A DNA stretch of 64,000 nt, from assembly GCA_964016885.1 (NCBI GenBank), contig OZ024740.1, forward strand, positions 6,076,001 to 6,140,000, given 5' to 3'. This DNA is from Eledone cirrhosa. Lineage: Eukaryota. Made by a program: the position numbers and the translations under genes. The notes below the pieces were generated by a model. That model had not been told where the DNA came from, searched no databases, and saw only the letters and a list, made by a program, of their open reading frames with translations. Position 1 is the first letter of the stretch. Every line of letters starts with the position of its first letter. Shown here piece after piece: positions 1 to 16,800 of the stretch.

Positions 1-3000
1 TGTACATACCACCACTGCTCATACCTCCACTGTACGTAGCTCCACTGCACATCCATACCTCCACTGCACATACCTCCACTGTAGATACCTCCACTGCACA
101 TACCTCCACTGTACATACCTCCACTTTACATACCTCCACTGCACATACCTCCACTGTACATAACACTACTGTACATACCTCCATTGCACATACCTCCACT
201 GTACATACCTCCATTGCACATACCTCCACTGTACATACCTCCACTGCACATACATACATCCACTGTACATACCTCCACTGTACATACCTCCACTGTACAT
301 ACATCCACTGTACATACCTCCACTGTACATATCTCCACTGCACATACCTCCACTGCACATACCTCCACTGTACATACCTCCAATGCACATACCTCCACTG
401 TACATACCCCCACTGCACATACCTCCATTGCACATACCTCCACTGTACATATCTCCAATGTACATACCACCACTGTACATACACCCACTATACATACCTC
501 CACTGCACATACCTCCACTGCACATACATACCTCCACTGTACATACCTCCACTGCACATACCTCAACTGCACTTACCTCCACTGCACATACATACCTCCA
601 TTGTCCATACCTCCACTGCACGTACCTCCACTGTACATACCTCCACTGTACATACCTCCAATGTACATACCTCCACTGTACATACCTCCACTGCACATAC
701 CTCCACTGTACATAACTCTACTGTACAAACCTCCATTGCACATACCTCCACGGTACATACCTCCATTGCACATACCTCCACTGTACATACCTCCACTGCA
801 CATACATACCTCCACTGTACATACCTCCACTGTACATACCTCCACTGCAGATACATCCACTTACACACCTACACTGCACATACCTCTACTGTACATACCT
901 CCACTGCACATACCTCCACTGTACATACCTCCACTGTACATACCTCCACTGCACATACCTCCACTGCACATACCTCCAATGTACATACCTCCACTGTACA
1001 TACCTCCACTGCACATACCTCCACTGTACATACCTCCACTGCACATAGATACCTCCACTGTACATAACTCCACTTCACATACCTCCACTGTACATACCTC
1101 CACTTCACATATCTCCACTGCACATACCTCCACTGTACATACCTCTACTGTACATACCTCCACTGCACATACCTCCACTCTACATACCTCCACTGCACAT
1201 AGATAACAGTACTGTACATACCTCCACTGTACATACCTCCACTGCACATAGATAACAGCACTGTACATACCTCCACTGCACATACCTCCCCTCCACATAC
1301 CTCCACTGTACATACCTCCACTGCACATAGCTCCACTGCACATAAATCCACTGTACATACCTCCGCTGCACATTCCTCCACTGTACATACCTCCACTGCA
1401 CATCCATACCTCCACTGCACATACCTCCACCGCACATCCATACCTCCACTGCACATACCTCCACTGTACATACCTCTACTGTACATACCTCCACTGCACA
1501 TACCTCCACTGTACATACCTCCACTGCACATAGATAACAGCACTGTACATACCTCCACTGCACATAGATAACAGCACTGTACATACCTCCACTGCACATA
1601 CCTCCCCTCCACATACCTCCACTGTACATACCTCCACTGCACATACCTCCACAGCACATACCTCCACTGCACATACCTCCACTGCACATAGCTCCACTGC
1701 ACATAAATCCACTGTACATACCTCCACTGCACATACCTCCCCTGCACATACCTCCACTGTACATACCTCCACTGCACATACCTCCACTGCACATACCTCC
1801 ACTGCACATATCTCCACTATACATACCTCCATTGTACATACCTCCACTGTACATACCTCCACTGCACATCCATACCTCCACTGCACATACCTCGACAGTA
1901 GATACCTCCACTGTACATACCTCCACTGTACATACCTCCACTGCACAGACCTCTACTGTACATACCTCCACTGCACATCCATACCTCCACTGCACATACA
2001 TCCACTGTACATACCTCCACTGCACATACCTCCACTGCACATACCTCCACAGCACATACCTCCACTGCTCATACCTCCACTGCACATACCTCCACAGCAC
2101 ATACCTCCACTGCATATACCTCCACTGCACATACCTCCACAGCACATACCTCCACTGCACATACCTCCACTGCACATACCTCCACTGCACATACATCCAC
2201 TGTACATACCTCCACTGCACATACCTCCACTGCACATATCTCCACTGCACATACTTCCACTGCACATATCTCCTGTATACATACCTCCACTGTACATAAC
2301 TCCACTGCACATACTTCCACTGCACATACCTACAGTGTACATACCTCCACTGTACATACCACCACTGCTCATAACTCCACTGTACGTAGCTCCACTGCAC
2401 ATCCATACCTCCACTGCACATACCTCCACTGTAGATACCTCCACTGCACATACCTCCACTGCACATACCTCCACTGTACATACCTCCACTTTACATACCT
2501 CCACTGCACATACCTCCACTGTACATAACACTATTGTACATACCTCCATTGCACATACCTCCACGGTACATACCTCCATTGCACATACCTCCACTATACA
2601 TACCTCCACTGCACATACATACCTCCACTGTACATACCACCACTGTACATACCTCCACTGCACATACATCCACTGTACACACCTCTACTGTACATACCTC
2701 CACTGTACATACCTCCACTGTACATACCTCCACCGTACATATCTCCACTGCACATACCTCCACTGCACATACCTCCACTGTACATACCTCCAATGCACAT
2801 ACCTCCACTGTACATACCCCCACTATACATACCTCCACTGTACCTACCACCACTGTACATACCTCCACTGCACATACCTCCACTGTACATATCTCCACTG
2901 TACATACCTCCACTGTACATACACCCACTATACATACCTCCACTGCACATACCTCCACTGCACATACATACCTCCACTGTACATACCTCCACTGCACATA

Positions 3001-6000
3001 CCTCAACTGCACATACCTCCACTGCACATACATACCTCCATTGTCCATACCTCCACTGCACGTACCTCCACTGTACATACCTCCACTGTACATACCTCCA
3101 ATGTACATACCTCCACTCTACATACCTCCACTGCACATACCTCCACTGTACATAACTCTACTGTACAAACCTCCATTGCACATACCTCCACGGTACATAC
3201 CTCCATTGCACATACCTCCACTGTACATACCTCCACTGCACATACATACCTCCACTGTACATACCTCCACTGTACATACCTCCACTGCAGATACATCCAC
3301 TTACACACCTCCACTGCACATACCTCTACTGTACATACCTCCACTGCACATACCTCCACTGTACATACCTCCACTGTACATACCTCCACTGCACATACCT
3401 CTACTGTACATACCTCCACTGCACATAGATACCTGCACTGTACATACCTCCACTGTACATACCTCCACTGCACATACCTCCACGGTATATACCTCCACTG
3501 CACATACATACCACCACTGCACATACCTCCACTGTAGATAACTCCACTGCACATACCTCCACTGTACATACCTCCACTGCCCATAGCTCCACTGCACATA
3601 CCTCCACTGTACATACCTCTACTGTACATACCTTCACTGCACATACCTCCACTCTACATACCTCCACTGCACATAGATAACAGTACTGTACATACCTCCA
3701 CTGTACATACCTCCACTGCACATAGATAACAGCACTGTACATACCTCCAGTGCACATACCTCCACTATACATACCTCCACTACACATACATACCTCCACT
3801 GTACATACCACCACTGTACATACCTCCACTGCACATACATCCACTGTACACACCTCTACTGTACATACCTCCACTGTACATACCTCCACTGTACATACCT
3901 CCACCGTACATATCTCCACTGCACATACCTCCACTGCACATACCTCCACTGTACATACCTCCAATGCACATACCTCCACTGTACATACCCCCACTGCACA
4001 TACCTCCATTCCACATACCTCCACTGTACATATCTCCACTGTACATACCTCCACTGTACATACACCCACTATACATTCCTCCACTGCACATACCTCCACT
4101 GCACATACATACCTCCACTGTACATACCTCCACTGCACATACCTCAACTGCACATACCTCCACTGCACATACATACCTCCATTGTCCATACCTCCACTGC
4201 ACGTACCTCCACTGTACATACCTCCACTGTACATACATACCTCCAATGTACATACCTCCACTCTACATACCTCCACTGCACATACCTCCACTGTACATAA
4301 CTCTACTGTACAAACCTCCATTGCACATACCTCCACGGTACATACCTCCATTGCACATACCTCCACTGTACATACCTCCACTGCACATACATACCTCCAC
4401 TGTACATACCTCCACTGTACATACCTCCACTGCAGATACATCCACTTACACACCTCCACTGCACATACCTCTACTGTACATACCTCCACTGCACATACCT
4501 CCACTGTACATACCTCCACTGTACATACCTCCACTGCACATACCTCTACTGTACATACCTCCACTGCACATAGATACCTGCACTGTACATACCTCCACTG
4601 TACATACCTCCACTGCACATACCTCCACGGTATATACCTCCACTGCACATACATACCACCACTGCACATACCTCCACTGTAGATAACTCCACTGCACATA
4701 CCTCCACTGTACATACCTCCACTGCCCATAGCTCCACTGCACATACCTCCACTGTACATACCTCTACTGTACATACCTCCACTGCACATACCTCCACTCT
4801 ACATACCTCCACTGCACATAGATAACAGTACTGTACATACCTCCACTGTACATACCTCCACTGCACATAGATAACAGCACTGTACATACCTCCAGTGCAC
4901 ATACCTCCCCTACACATACCTGCACTGTACATACCTCCACTGCACATACCTCCACAGCACATACCACCACTGCACATACCTCCACTGCACATAGCTCCAC
5001 TGCACATAAATCCACTGTACATACCTCCACTACACATACCTCCACTGTACATACCTCCACTGCACATCCATACCTCCACTGCACATACCTCCACTGCACA
5101 TCCAAACCTCCACTGCACATACCTCCACTGTACATACCTCGACTGTACATACCTCCACTGCACATACCTCCACTGTACATACCTCCACTGCACATAGATA
5201 ACAGCACTGTACATACCTCCACTGCACATAGATAACAGCACTGTACATACCTGCCCTCCACATACCTCCACTGTACATACCTCCACTGCACATACCTCCA
5301 CAGCACATACCTCCACTGCACATACCTCCACTGCACATAGCTCCACTGCACATAAATCCACTGTACATACCTCCACTGCACATACCTCCCCTGCACATAC
5401 CTCCACAGTACATACCTCCACTGCACATACCTCCACTGCACTTACCACCACTGCACATATCTCCACTATTCATACCTCCACTGCACATACCTCCACTGTA
5501 CATACCTCCACTGCACATCCATACCTCCACTGCACATACCTCCACTGTAGATACCTCCACTGTACATACCTCCACTGTACATACCTTCACTGCACAGACC
5601 TCTACTGTACATACCTCCACTGCACATCCATACCTCCACTGCACATACCTCCACTGTAGATACCACCACTGTACATACCTCCACTTTACATACCTCCACT
5701 GCATATACCTCCACTGTACATACCTCCACAGCACATACTTCCACTGCACATACCTCCACTGTACATATCTCCACTGCACATACCTCCACTGCACATACCT
5801 CCACTGTACATACCTCCAATGCACATACCTCCACTGTACACACCCCCACTGCACATACCTCCACTGCACATACCTCCCCGCCACATACATCCACTGTACA
5901 TACCTCCATTGCACATACCTCCACAGCACATACCTCCACTGCACATACCTCCATTGCACATAGCTCCACTGCACATAAATCCACTGTACATAGCTCCACT

Positions 6001-9000
6001 GCACATACCTCCCCTGCACATACCTCCACTGTACATACCTCCACTGCACATACCTCCACTGTACATACCTCCACTGCACATATCTCCACTATACATACCT
6101 CCACTGCACATACCTCCACTGTACATACCTCCACTGCACATCCATACCTCCACTGCACATACCTCCACTGTAGATACCTCCACTGTACATACCTCCACTG
6201 TACATACCTCCACTGCACAGACCTCTACTGTACATACCTCCACTGCACATACATCCACTGTACATACCTCCACTGCACATACCTCCACTGCATATATCTC
6301 CACTGTACATACCTCCACTGCACATACCTCCCCAGCACATACCTCCACTGTACATACCTCCACTGCACATACCTCCACAGCACATATCTCCACTGCTCAT
6401 ACCTCCACTGCACATACCTCCACTGCATATACATCCACCGTACATACATCCACAGCACATACCTCCACTGCACATACCTCCACTGCACATACCTCCACAG
6501 CACATACCTCCACTGCACATACCTCCCCTGCACATACCTCCACTGCACATACCTCCACTGCACATATGTCCACTGCACATACGTCCACTGCACATAGCTC
6601 CTGTATACATACCTCCACTGTACATAACTCCACTGCACATACTTCCACTGCACATACCTACAGTGTACATACCTCCACTGTACATACCACCACTGCTCAT
6701 ACCTCCACTGTACGTAGCTCCACTGCACATCCATACCTCCACTGCACATACCTCCACTGTAGATACCTCCACTGCACATACCTCCACTGTACATACCTCC
6801 ACTTTACATACCTCCACTGCACATACCTCCACTGTACATAACACTACTGTACATACCTCCATTGCACATACCTCCACGGTACATACCTCCATTGCACATA
6901 CCTCCACTGTACATACCTCCACTGCACATACATACATCCACTGTACATACCTCCACTGTACATACCTCCACTGTACATACATCCACTGTACATACCTCCA
7001 CTGGTCATATCTCCACTGCACATACCTCCACTGCACATACCTCCACTGTACATACCTCCAATGCACATACCTCCACTGTACATACCCCCACTGCCCATAC
7101 CTCCATTGCACATACCTCCACTGTACATATCTCCACTGTACATACCTCCACTGTACATACACCCACTATACATACCTCCACTGCACATACCTCCACTGCA
7201 CATACATACCTCCATTGTCCATACCTCCACTGCACGTACCTCCACTTACATACCTCCACTGTACATACCTCCAATGTACATACCTCCACTGTACATACCT
7301 CCACTGCACATACCTCCACTGTACATAACTCTACTGTACAAACCTCCATTGCACATACCTCCACGGTACATACCTCCATTGCACATACCTCCACTGTACA
7401 TACCTCCACTGCACATACATACCTCCACTGTACATACCTCCACTGCAGATACATCCACTTACACACCTCCACTGCACATACCTCTACTGTACATACCTCC
7501 ACTGCACATACCTCCACTGTACATACCTCCACTGTACATACCTCCACTGCACATACCTCCACTGCACATACCTCCAATGTACATACCTCCACTGTACATA
7601 CCTCCACTGCACATACCTCCACTGTACATACCTCCACTGCACATAGATACCTGCACTGTACATACCTCCACTGTACATACCACCACTGCACATACCTCCA
7701 CTGTACATAACTCCACTTCACATACCTCCACTGTACATACCTCCACTTCACATATCTCCACTGCACATACCTCCACTGTACATACCTCTACTGTACATAC
7801 CTCCACTGCACATACCTCCACTCTACATACCTCCACTGCACATAGATAACAGTACTGTACATACCTCCACTGTACATACCTCCACTGCACATAGCTAACA
7901 GCACTGTACATACCTCCACTGCACATACCTCCCCTCCACATACCTCCACTGTACATACCTCCACTGCACATAGCTCCACTGCACATAAATCCACTGTACA
8001 TACCTCCAATGCACATACCTCCACTGTACATACCTCCACTGCACATCCATACCTCCACTGCACATACCTCCACCGCACATCCATACCTCCACTGCACATA
8101 CCTCCACTGTACATACCTCTACTGTACATACCTCCACTGCACATACCTCCACTGTACATACCTCCACTGCACATAGATAACAGCACTGTACATACCTCCA
8201 CTGCACATAGATAACAGCACTGTACATACCTCCACTGCACATACCTCCCCTCCACATACCTCCACTGTACATACCTCCACTGCACATACCTCCACAGCAC
8301 ATACCTCCACTGCACGTACCTCCACTGCACATAGCTCCACTGCACATAAATCCACTGTACATACCTCCACTGCACATACCTCCCCTGCACATACCTCCAC
8401 TGTACATACCTCCACTGCACATACCTCCACTGCACATACCTCCACTGCACATATGTCCACTATACATACCTCCATTGCACATACCTCCACTGTACATACC
8501 TCCACTGCACATCCATACCTCCACTGCACATACCTCCACTGTAGATACCTCCACTGTACATACCTCCACTGAACATACCTCCACTGCACAGACCTCTACT
8601 GTACATACCTCCACTGCACATCCATACCTCCACTGCACATACATCCACTGTACATACCTCCACTGCACATACCTCCACTGCATATATCTCCACTGTACAT
8701 ACCTCCACTGCACATACCTCCCCAGCACATACCTCCACTGTACATACCTCCACTGCACATACCTCCACTGTACATACCTCCACTGCACATACCTCCACAG
8801 CACATACCTCCACTGCTCATACCTCCACTGCACATACCTCCACTGCACATACATCCACCGTACATACCTCCACAGCACATACCTCCACTGCACATACCTC
8901 CACTGCACATACCTCCACAGCACATACCTCCACTGCACATACCTCCACTGCACATACCTCCACTGCACATACATCCACTGTACATACCTCCACTGCACAT

Positions 9001-10864
9001 ACCTCCACTGCACATATCTCCACTGCACATACTTCCACTGCACATATCTCCTGTATACATACCTCCACTGTACATAACTCCACTGCACATACTTCCACTG
9101 CACATACCTACAGTGTACATACCTCCACTGTACATACCACCACTGCTCATAACTCCACTGTACGTAGCTCCACTGCACATCCATACCTCAACTGCACATA
9201 CCTCCACTGTAGATACCTCCACTGCACATACCTCCACTGCACATACCTCCACTGTACATACCTCCACTTTACATACCTCCACTGCACATACCTCCACTGT
9301 ACATAACACTATTGTACATACCTCCATTGCACATACCTCCACGGTACATACCTCCATTGCACATACCTCCACTATACATACCTCCACTGCACATACATAC
9401 CTCCACTGTACATACCACCACTGTACATACCTCCACTGCACATACATCCACTGTACACACCTCTACTGTACATACCTCCACTGTACATACCTCCACTGTA
9501 CATACCTCCACCGTACATATCTCCACTGAACATACCTCCACTGCACATACCTCCACTGTACATACCTCCAATGCACATACCTCCACTGTACATACCCCCA
9601 CTGCACATACGTCCACTGCACATATCTCCTGTATACATACCTCCACTGTATATACCTCCACGGTATATACCTCCACTGCACATACATACCACCACTGCAC
9701 ATACCTCCACTGTAGATAACTCCACTGCACATACCTCCACTGTACATACACCCACTGCACATACGTCCACTGCACATATCTCCTGTATACATACCTCCAC
9801 AGTATATACCTCCACGGTATATACCTCCACTGCACATACATACCACCACTGCACATACCTCCACTGTAGATAACTCCACTGCACATACCTCCACTGTACA
9901 TACCTCCACTGCCCATAGCTCCACTGCACATACCTCCACTGTACATACCTCTACTGTACATACCTACGCTGCACATACCTCCACTCTACATACCTCCACT
10001 GCACATAGATAACAGTACTGTACATACCTCCACTGTACATACCTCCACTGCACATAGATAACAGCACTGTACATACCTCCACTGCACATACCTCCCCTCC
10101 ACATACCTCCACTGTACATACCTCCACTGCACATACCTCCACAGCACATACCACCACTGCACATACATCCACTGCACATAGCTCCACTGCACATAAATCC
10201 ACTGTACATACCTCCACTACACATACCTCCACTGTACATACCTCCACTGCACATCCATACCTCCACTGCACATACCTCCACTGCACATCCAAACCTCCAC
10301 TGCACATACCTCCACTGTACATACTTCCACTGCACATACATCCACTGTACACACCTGTACTGTACATACCTCCACTGTACATACCTCCACTGTACATACC
10401 TCCACTGTACATACCTCCACTGCACATACCTCCACTGTACATACCTCCACTACACATAGATACCTGCACTGTACATACCTCCACTGTACATACCTCGACT
10501 GCAAATACCTCCAGTGTATATACCTCCACTGCACATACATACCGCCACTGCACATACCTCCACTGTACATACCTCCACTGCACATACCTCCACTGTACAT
10601 ACCTCCACTGCACATAGCTCCACTGCACATACCTCCACTGTACATACCTCTACTGTACATACCTCCACTGCACATACCTCCACTGTACATACCTCCACTG
10701 CACATACCTCCACTGTACATACCTCCACTGTACATACCTCCACTGCACATCCATACCTCCACTGCACATACCTCCACTGCACATCCATACCTCCACTGCA
10801 CATACCTCCACTGTACATACCTCTACTGTACATACCTCCACTGCACATACCTCCACTGCACATC

Positions 10865-13800
10865 CATACCTCCACTGCACATACCTCCACTGTACATACC
10901 TCTACTGTACATACCTCCACTGCACATACCTCCACTGTACATACCTCCACTGCACATAGATAACAGCACTGTACATACCTCCACTGCACATAGATAACAG
11001 CACTGTACATACCTCCACTGCACATACCTGCCCTCCACATACCTCCACTGTACATACCTCCACTGCACATACCTCCACAGCACATACCTCCACTGCACAT
11101 ACCTCCACTGCACATAGCTCCACTGCACATAAATCCACTGTACATACCTCCACTGCACATACCTCCCCTGCACATACCTCCACAGTACATACCTCCACTG
11201 CACATACCTCCACTGCACATACCACCACTGCACATATCTCCACTATTCATACCTCCACTGCACATACCTCCACTGTACATACCTCCACTGCACATCCATA
11301 CCTCCACTGCACATACCTCCACTGTAGATACCTCCACTGTACATACCTCCACTGTACATACCTCCACTGCACAGACCTCTACTGTACATACCTCCACTGC
11401 ACATCCATACCTCCACTGAACATACATCCACTGTACATACCTCCACTGCACATACCTCCACTGCATATATCTCCACTGTACATCCCTCCACTGCACATAC
11501 CTCCCCAGCACATACCTCCACTGTACATACCTCCACTGCTCATACCTCCACTGCACATACCTCCACTGCACATACATCCACCGTACATACCTCCACAGCA
11601 CATACCTCCACTGCACATACCTCCACTGCACATACCTCCACAGCACATACCTCCACTGCACATACCTCCACTGCACATACCTCCACTGCACATACATCCA
11701 CTGTACATACCTCCACTGCACATAACGCCACTGCACATATCTCCACTGCACATACGTTCACTGCACATATCTCCTGTATACATACCTCCACTGTACATAA
11801 CTCCACTGCACATACTTCCACTGCACATAGCTACAGTGTACATACCTCCACTGTACATACCACCACTGCTCATACCTCCACTGTACGTAGCTCCACTGCA
11901 CATCCATACCTCCACTGCACATACCTCCACTGTAGATACCTCCACTGCACATACCTCCACTGCACATACCTCCAGTTTACATACCTCCACTTTACATACC
12001 TCCACTGCACATACCTCCACTGTACATAACACTACTGTACATACCTCTATTGCACATACCTCCACGGTACATACCTCCACTGTACATACCGCCACTGCAC
12101 ATACATCCACTGTACACACCTCTACTGTACATACCTCCACTGTACATACCTCCACTGTACATACCTCCACTGTACATACCTCCACTGCACATACCTCCAC
12201 TGTACATACCTCCACTACACATAGATACCTGCACTGTACATACCTCCACTGTACATAACTCCACTGCATATACCTCCAGTGTACCTACCTCCACTGCACA
12301 TAGCTCCACTACACATACCTCCACTGTACATACCTCTACTGTACATACCTCCACTGCACATACCTCCACTGTACATACCTCCACTGCACATACCTCCACT
12401 GTACATACCTCCACTGCACATACCTCCACTGTACATAACTCCACTGTACATACCTCCACTGCACATACCTCCACTGTACATACCTCCACTGCACATAGCT
12501 CCACTGCACATACCTCCACTGCACATACCTCCACTGTACATACCTCTACTGTACATACCTCCACTGTACATACCTCCACTGTACATACCTCCACTGCACA
12601 TACCTCCACTGTACATACCTCCACTGCACATACCTCCACTTCACATATCTCCACTTCACATACCTCCACTGTACATACCTCCACTGCAAATACGTCCACT
12701 GTACATACCTCCACTGCACATAGCTCCACTGCACATACCTCCACTGTACATACCTCCACTGTACATACCTCCACTGTACATACCTCCACTGCACATACCT
12801 CCACTGTACATACCTCCACTACACATAGATACCTGCACTCTACATACCTCTACTGTACATACCTCCACTGCACATACCTCCAGTGTATATACCTCCACTG
12901 CACATACATACCGCCACTGCACATACGTCCACTGTACATACCTCCACTGCACATACCTCCACTGTACATATCTCCACTGCACATAGCTCCACTGCACATA
13001 CCTCCACTGTACATACCTCTACTCTACATACCTCCACTGCACATACCTACACTGTACATACCTCCACTGCACATACCTCCACTGTACATACCTCCACTGT
13101 ATATACCTCCACTGCACATAACTCCATTGTACATAACTCCACTGTACATACCTCCACTGCACATACCTCCACTGTACATACCTCCACTGCACATAGCTCC
13201 ACTGCACATACCTCCACTGCACATACCTCCACTGTACATACCTCTACTGTACATACCTCCACTGCACATACCTCCACTGTACATACCTCTACTGGACATA
13301 CCTCCACTGTACATACCTCCACTGCACATACCTCCACTGTACATACCTCCACTGCACATCCATACCTCCACTGCACATACCTCCACTGCACACCTCCACT
13401 GTACATACCTCCACTGCACATACCTCCCCTGCACATACCTCCACTGTACATACCTCCAATGCACATACCTCCACAGCACATACCTCCACTGCACATACAT
13501 CCACTGTACATACCTCCACTGCACATACCTCCACTGAACATATCTTCACTGCACATACCTCCACTGCACATACCTCCACTTCACATATCTCCACTTCACA
13601 TACCTCCACTGTACATACCTCCACTGTACATACATCCACTGTACATTCTTCCACTCTACATACCTCCACTGCACATATACTCACTGTACATACCTCCACT
13701 GTACATACCTCCACTGTACATACCTCCACTTCACATACCTCCACTGTACATACCTCCACTGTACATACATCCACTGTACATTCCTCCACTGTACATACCT

Positions 13801-16800
13801 CCACTGCACATACCTCCACTGCACATACCTCCACTTCACATATCTCCACTATACATACCTCCACTGCACATACCTCCACTGTACATACCTCCACTTCACA
13901 TACCTCCACTGTACATACCTCCACTGTACATACATCCACTGTACATACCTCCACTGTACATTCCTCCACTGTATATACCTCCACTGTACATACCTCCACT
14001 GTACATACCTCCACTGTACATACCTCCACTGTACATTCCTCCACTGTACATACCTCCACAGTACATACTTCTACTGCACATACCTCCACTGTACATACCT
14101 CCACTGTACATACCTCCACTGCACATACCTCCACTGCACATACCTCCACTTCACATATCTCCACTATACATACCTCCACTGCACATACCTCCTCTGTACA
14201 TAACTCCTCTGCACATACGTCCACTACACATACCTACACTGTACATACCTCCACTGTACATACCTCCACTGCACATCCATATCTCCACTGCACATACCTC
14301 CACTGTAGATACCTCCACTGTACATATCTCCACTGTACATACCTCCACTGTACATACCTCAACTGCACATACCTCTATTGTACATACCTCCACTGTACAT
14401 ACCTCCACTGCACATACCTCCACTGTACATACCTCCACTGCACATACCTCCACTGTAGATACCTCCACTGCACATAGCTCCACTGTACATACCTCCACTA
14501 TACATACCTCCACTGTACATACCTCCACTGCACATACCTCCACTGCACATACCTCCACTGTACATACCTCCACTGCCCATACCGCTACTGTACATACCTC
14601 CACTGCACATACCTCCACTGCACATACCTCCACTGCACATACCTCCACTGTACATACCTCCATTACACATACCTCCACTGTACATACCTCCACTGCACAT
14701 ACCTCCATTGCAGATACCTCCACTGTACATACCTCCATTGCAGATACCTCCACTGTACATACCTCGACTGAACATACCTCCACTGCACATACCTCCCCTG
14801 CACATACCTCCACTGTACATACCTCCACTGCACTTATCTCCACTGTACATACCTCCACTGCACATACCTCCACTGCACATACCTCGACTGTACATACCTC
14901 CACTGCACATACCTCCACTGCACATACCTCCACTGCACATACCTCCACTGTACATACCTCCATTACACATACCTCCACTGTACATACCTCCACTGCACAT
15001 ACCTCCATTGCAGATACTTCCACTGTACATACCTCGACTGAACATACCTCCACTGCACATACCTCCCCTGCACATACCTCCACTGTACATACCTCCACTG
15101 CACATATCTCCACTGTACATAACTCGATTGCACATACCTCCACTGCACATACCTCCACTGTACATACCTCCACTGCACATACCTCCACTGTACATACCTC
15201 CACTGCACATACCTCCACTGTACATACCTTCACTGTACATACCTCCACTGTACATACCTCCACTGTACATACCTCCACTGTACATACCTCCACTGTACAT
15301 ACCTCCACTGTACATACCTCCACTGCACATACCTCCACTGTACATACCTCCACTGCACATACCTCCACTGTACATACCTCCACTGCACATACCTCCACTG
15401 TACATACCTCTACTGTACATACCTCCACTGCACATACCTCCACTGTACATACCTCCACTGCACATAGATAACAGCACTGTACATACCTCCACTGCACATA
15501 GATAACAGCACTGTACATACCTCCACTGCACATACCTGCCCTCCACATACCTCCACTGTACATACCTCCACTGCACATACCTCCACAGCACATACCTCCA
15601 CTGCACATACCTCCACTGCACATAGCTCCACTGCACATAAATCCACTGTACATACCTCCACTGCACATACCTCCCCTGCACATACCTCCACAGTACATAC
15701 CTCCACTGCACATACCTCCACTGCACATACCACCACTGCACATATCTCCACTATTCATACCTCCACTGCACATACCTCCACTGTACATACCTCCACTGCA
15801 CATCCATACCTCCACTGCACATACCTCCACTGTAGATACCTCCACTGTACATACCTCCACTGTACATACCTCCACTGCACAGACCTCTACTGTACATACC
15901 TCCACTGCACATCCATACCTCCACTGAACATACATCCACTGTACATACCTCCACTGCACATACCTCCACTGCATATATCTCCACTGTACATCCCTCCACT
16001 GCACATACCTCCCCAGCACATACCTCCACTGTACATACCTCCACTGCTCATACCTCCACTGCACATACCTCCACTGCACATACATCCACCGTACATACCT
16101 CCACAGCACATACCTCCACTGCACATACCTCCACTGCACATACCTCCACAGCACATACCTCCACTGCACATACCTCCACTGCACATACCTCCACTGCACA
16201 TACATCCACTGTACATACCTCCACTGCACATAACGCCACTGCACATATCTCCACTGCACATACGTTCACTGCACATATCTCCTGTATACATACCTCCACT
16301 GTACATAACTCCACTGCACATACTTCCACTGCACATAGCTACAGTGTACATACCTCCACTGTACATACCACCACTGCTCATACCTCCACTGTACGTAGCT
16401 CCACTGCACATCCATACCTCCACTGCACATACCTCCACTGTAGATACCTCCACTGCACATACCTCCACTGCACATACCTCCAGTTTACATACCTCCACTT
16501 TACATACCTCCACTGCACATACCTCCACTGTACATAACACTACTGTACATACCTCTATTGCACATACCTCCACGGTACATACCTCCACTGTACATACCGC
16601 CACTGCACATACATCCACTGTACACACCTCTACTGTACATACCTCCACTGTACATACCTCCACTGTACATACCTCCACTGTACATACCTCCACTGCACAT
16701 ACCTCCACTGTACATACCTCCACTACACATAGATACCTGCACTGTACATACCTCCACTGTACATAACTCCACTGCATATACCTCCAGTGTACCTACCTCC

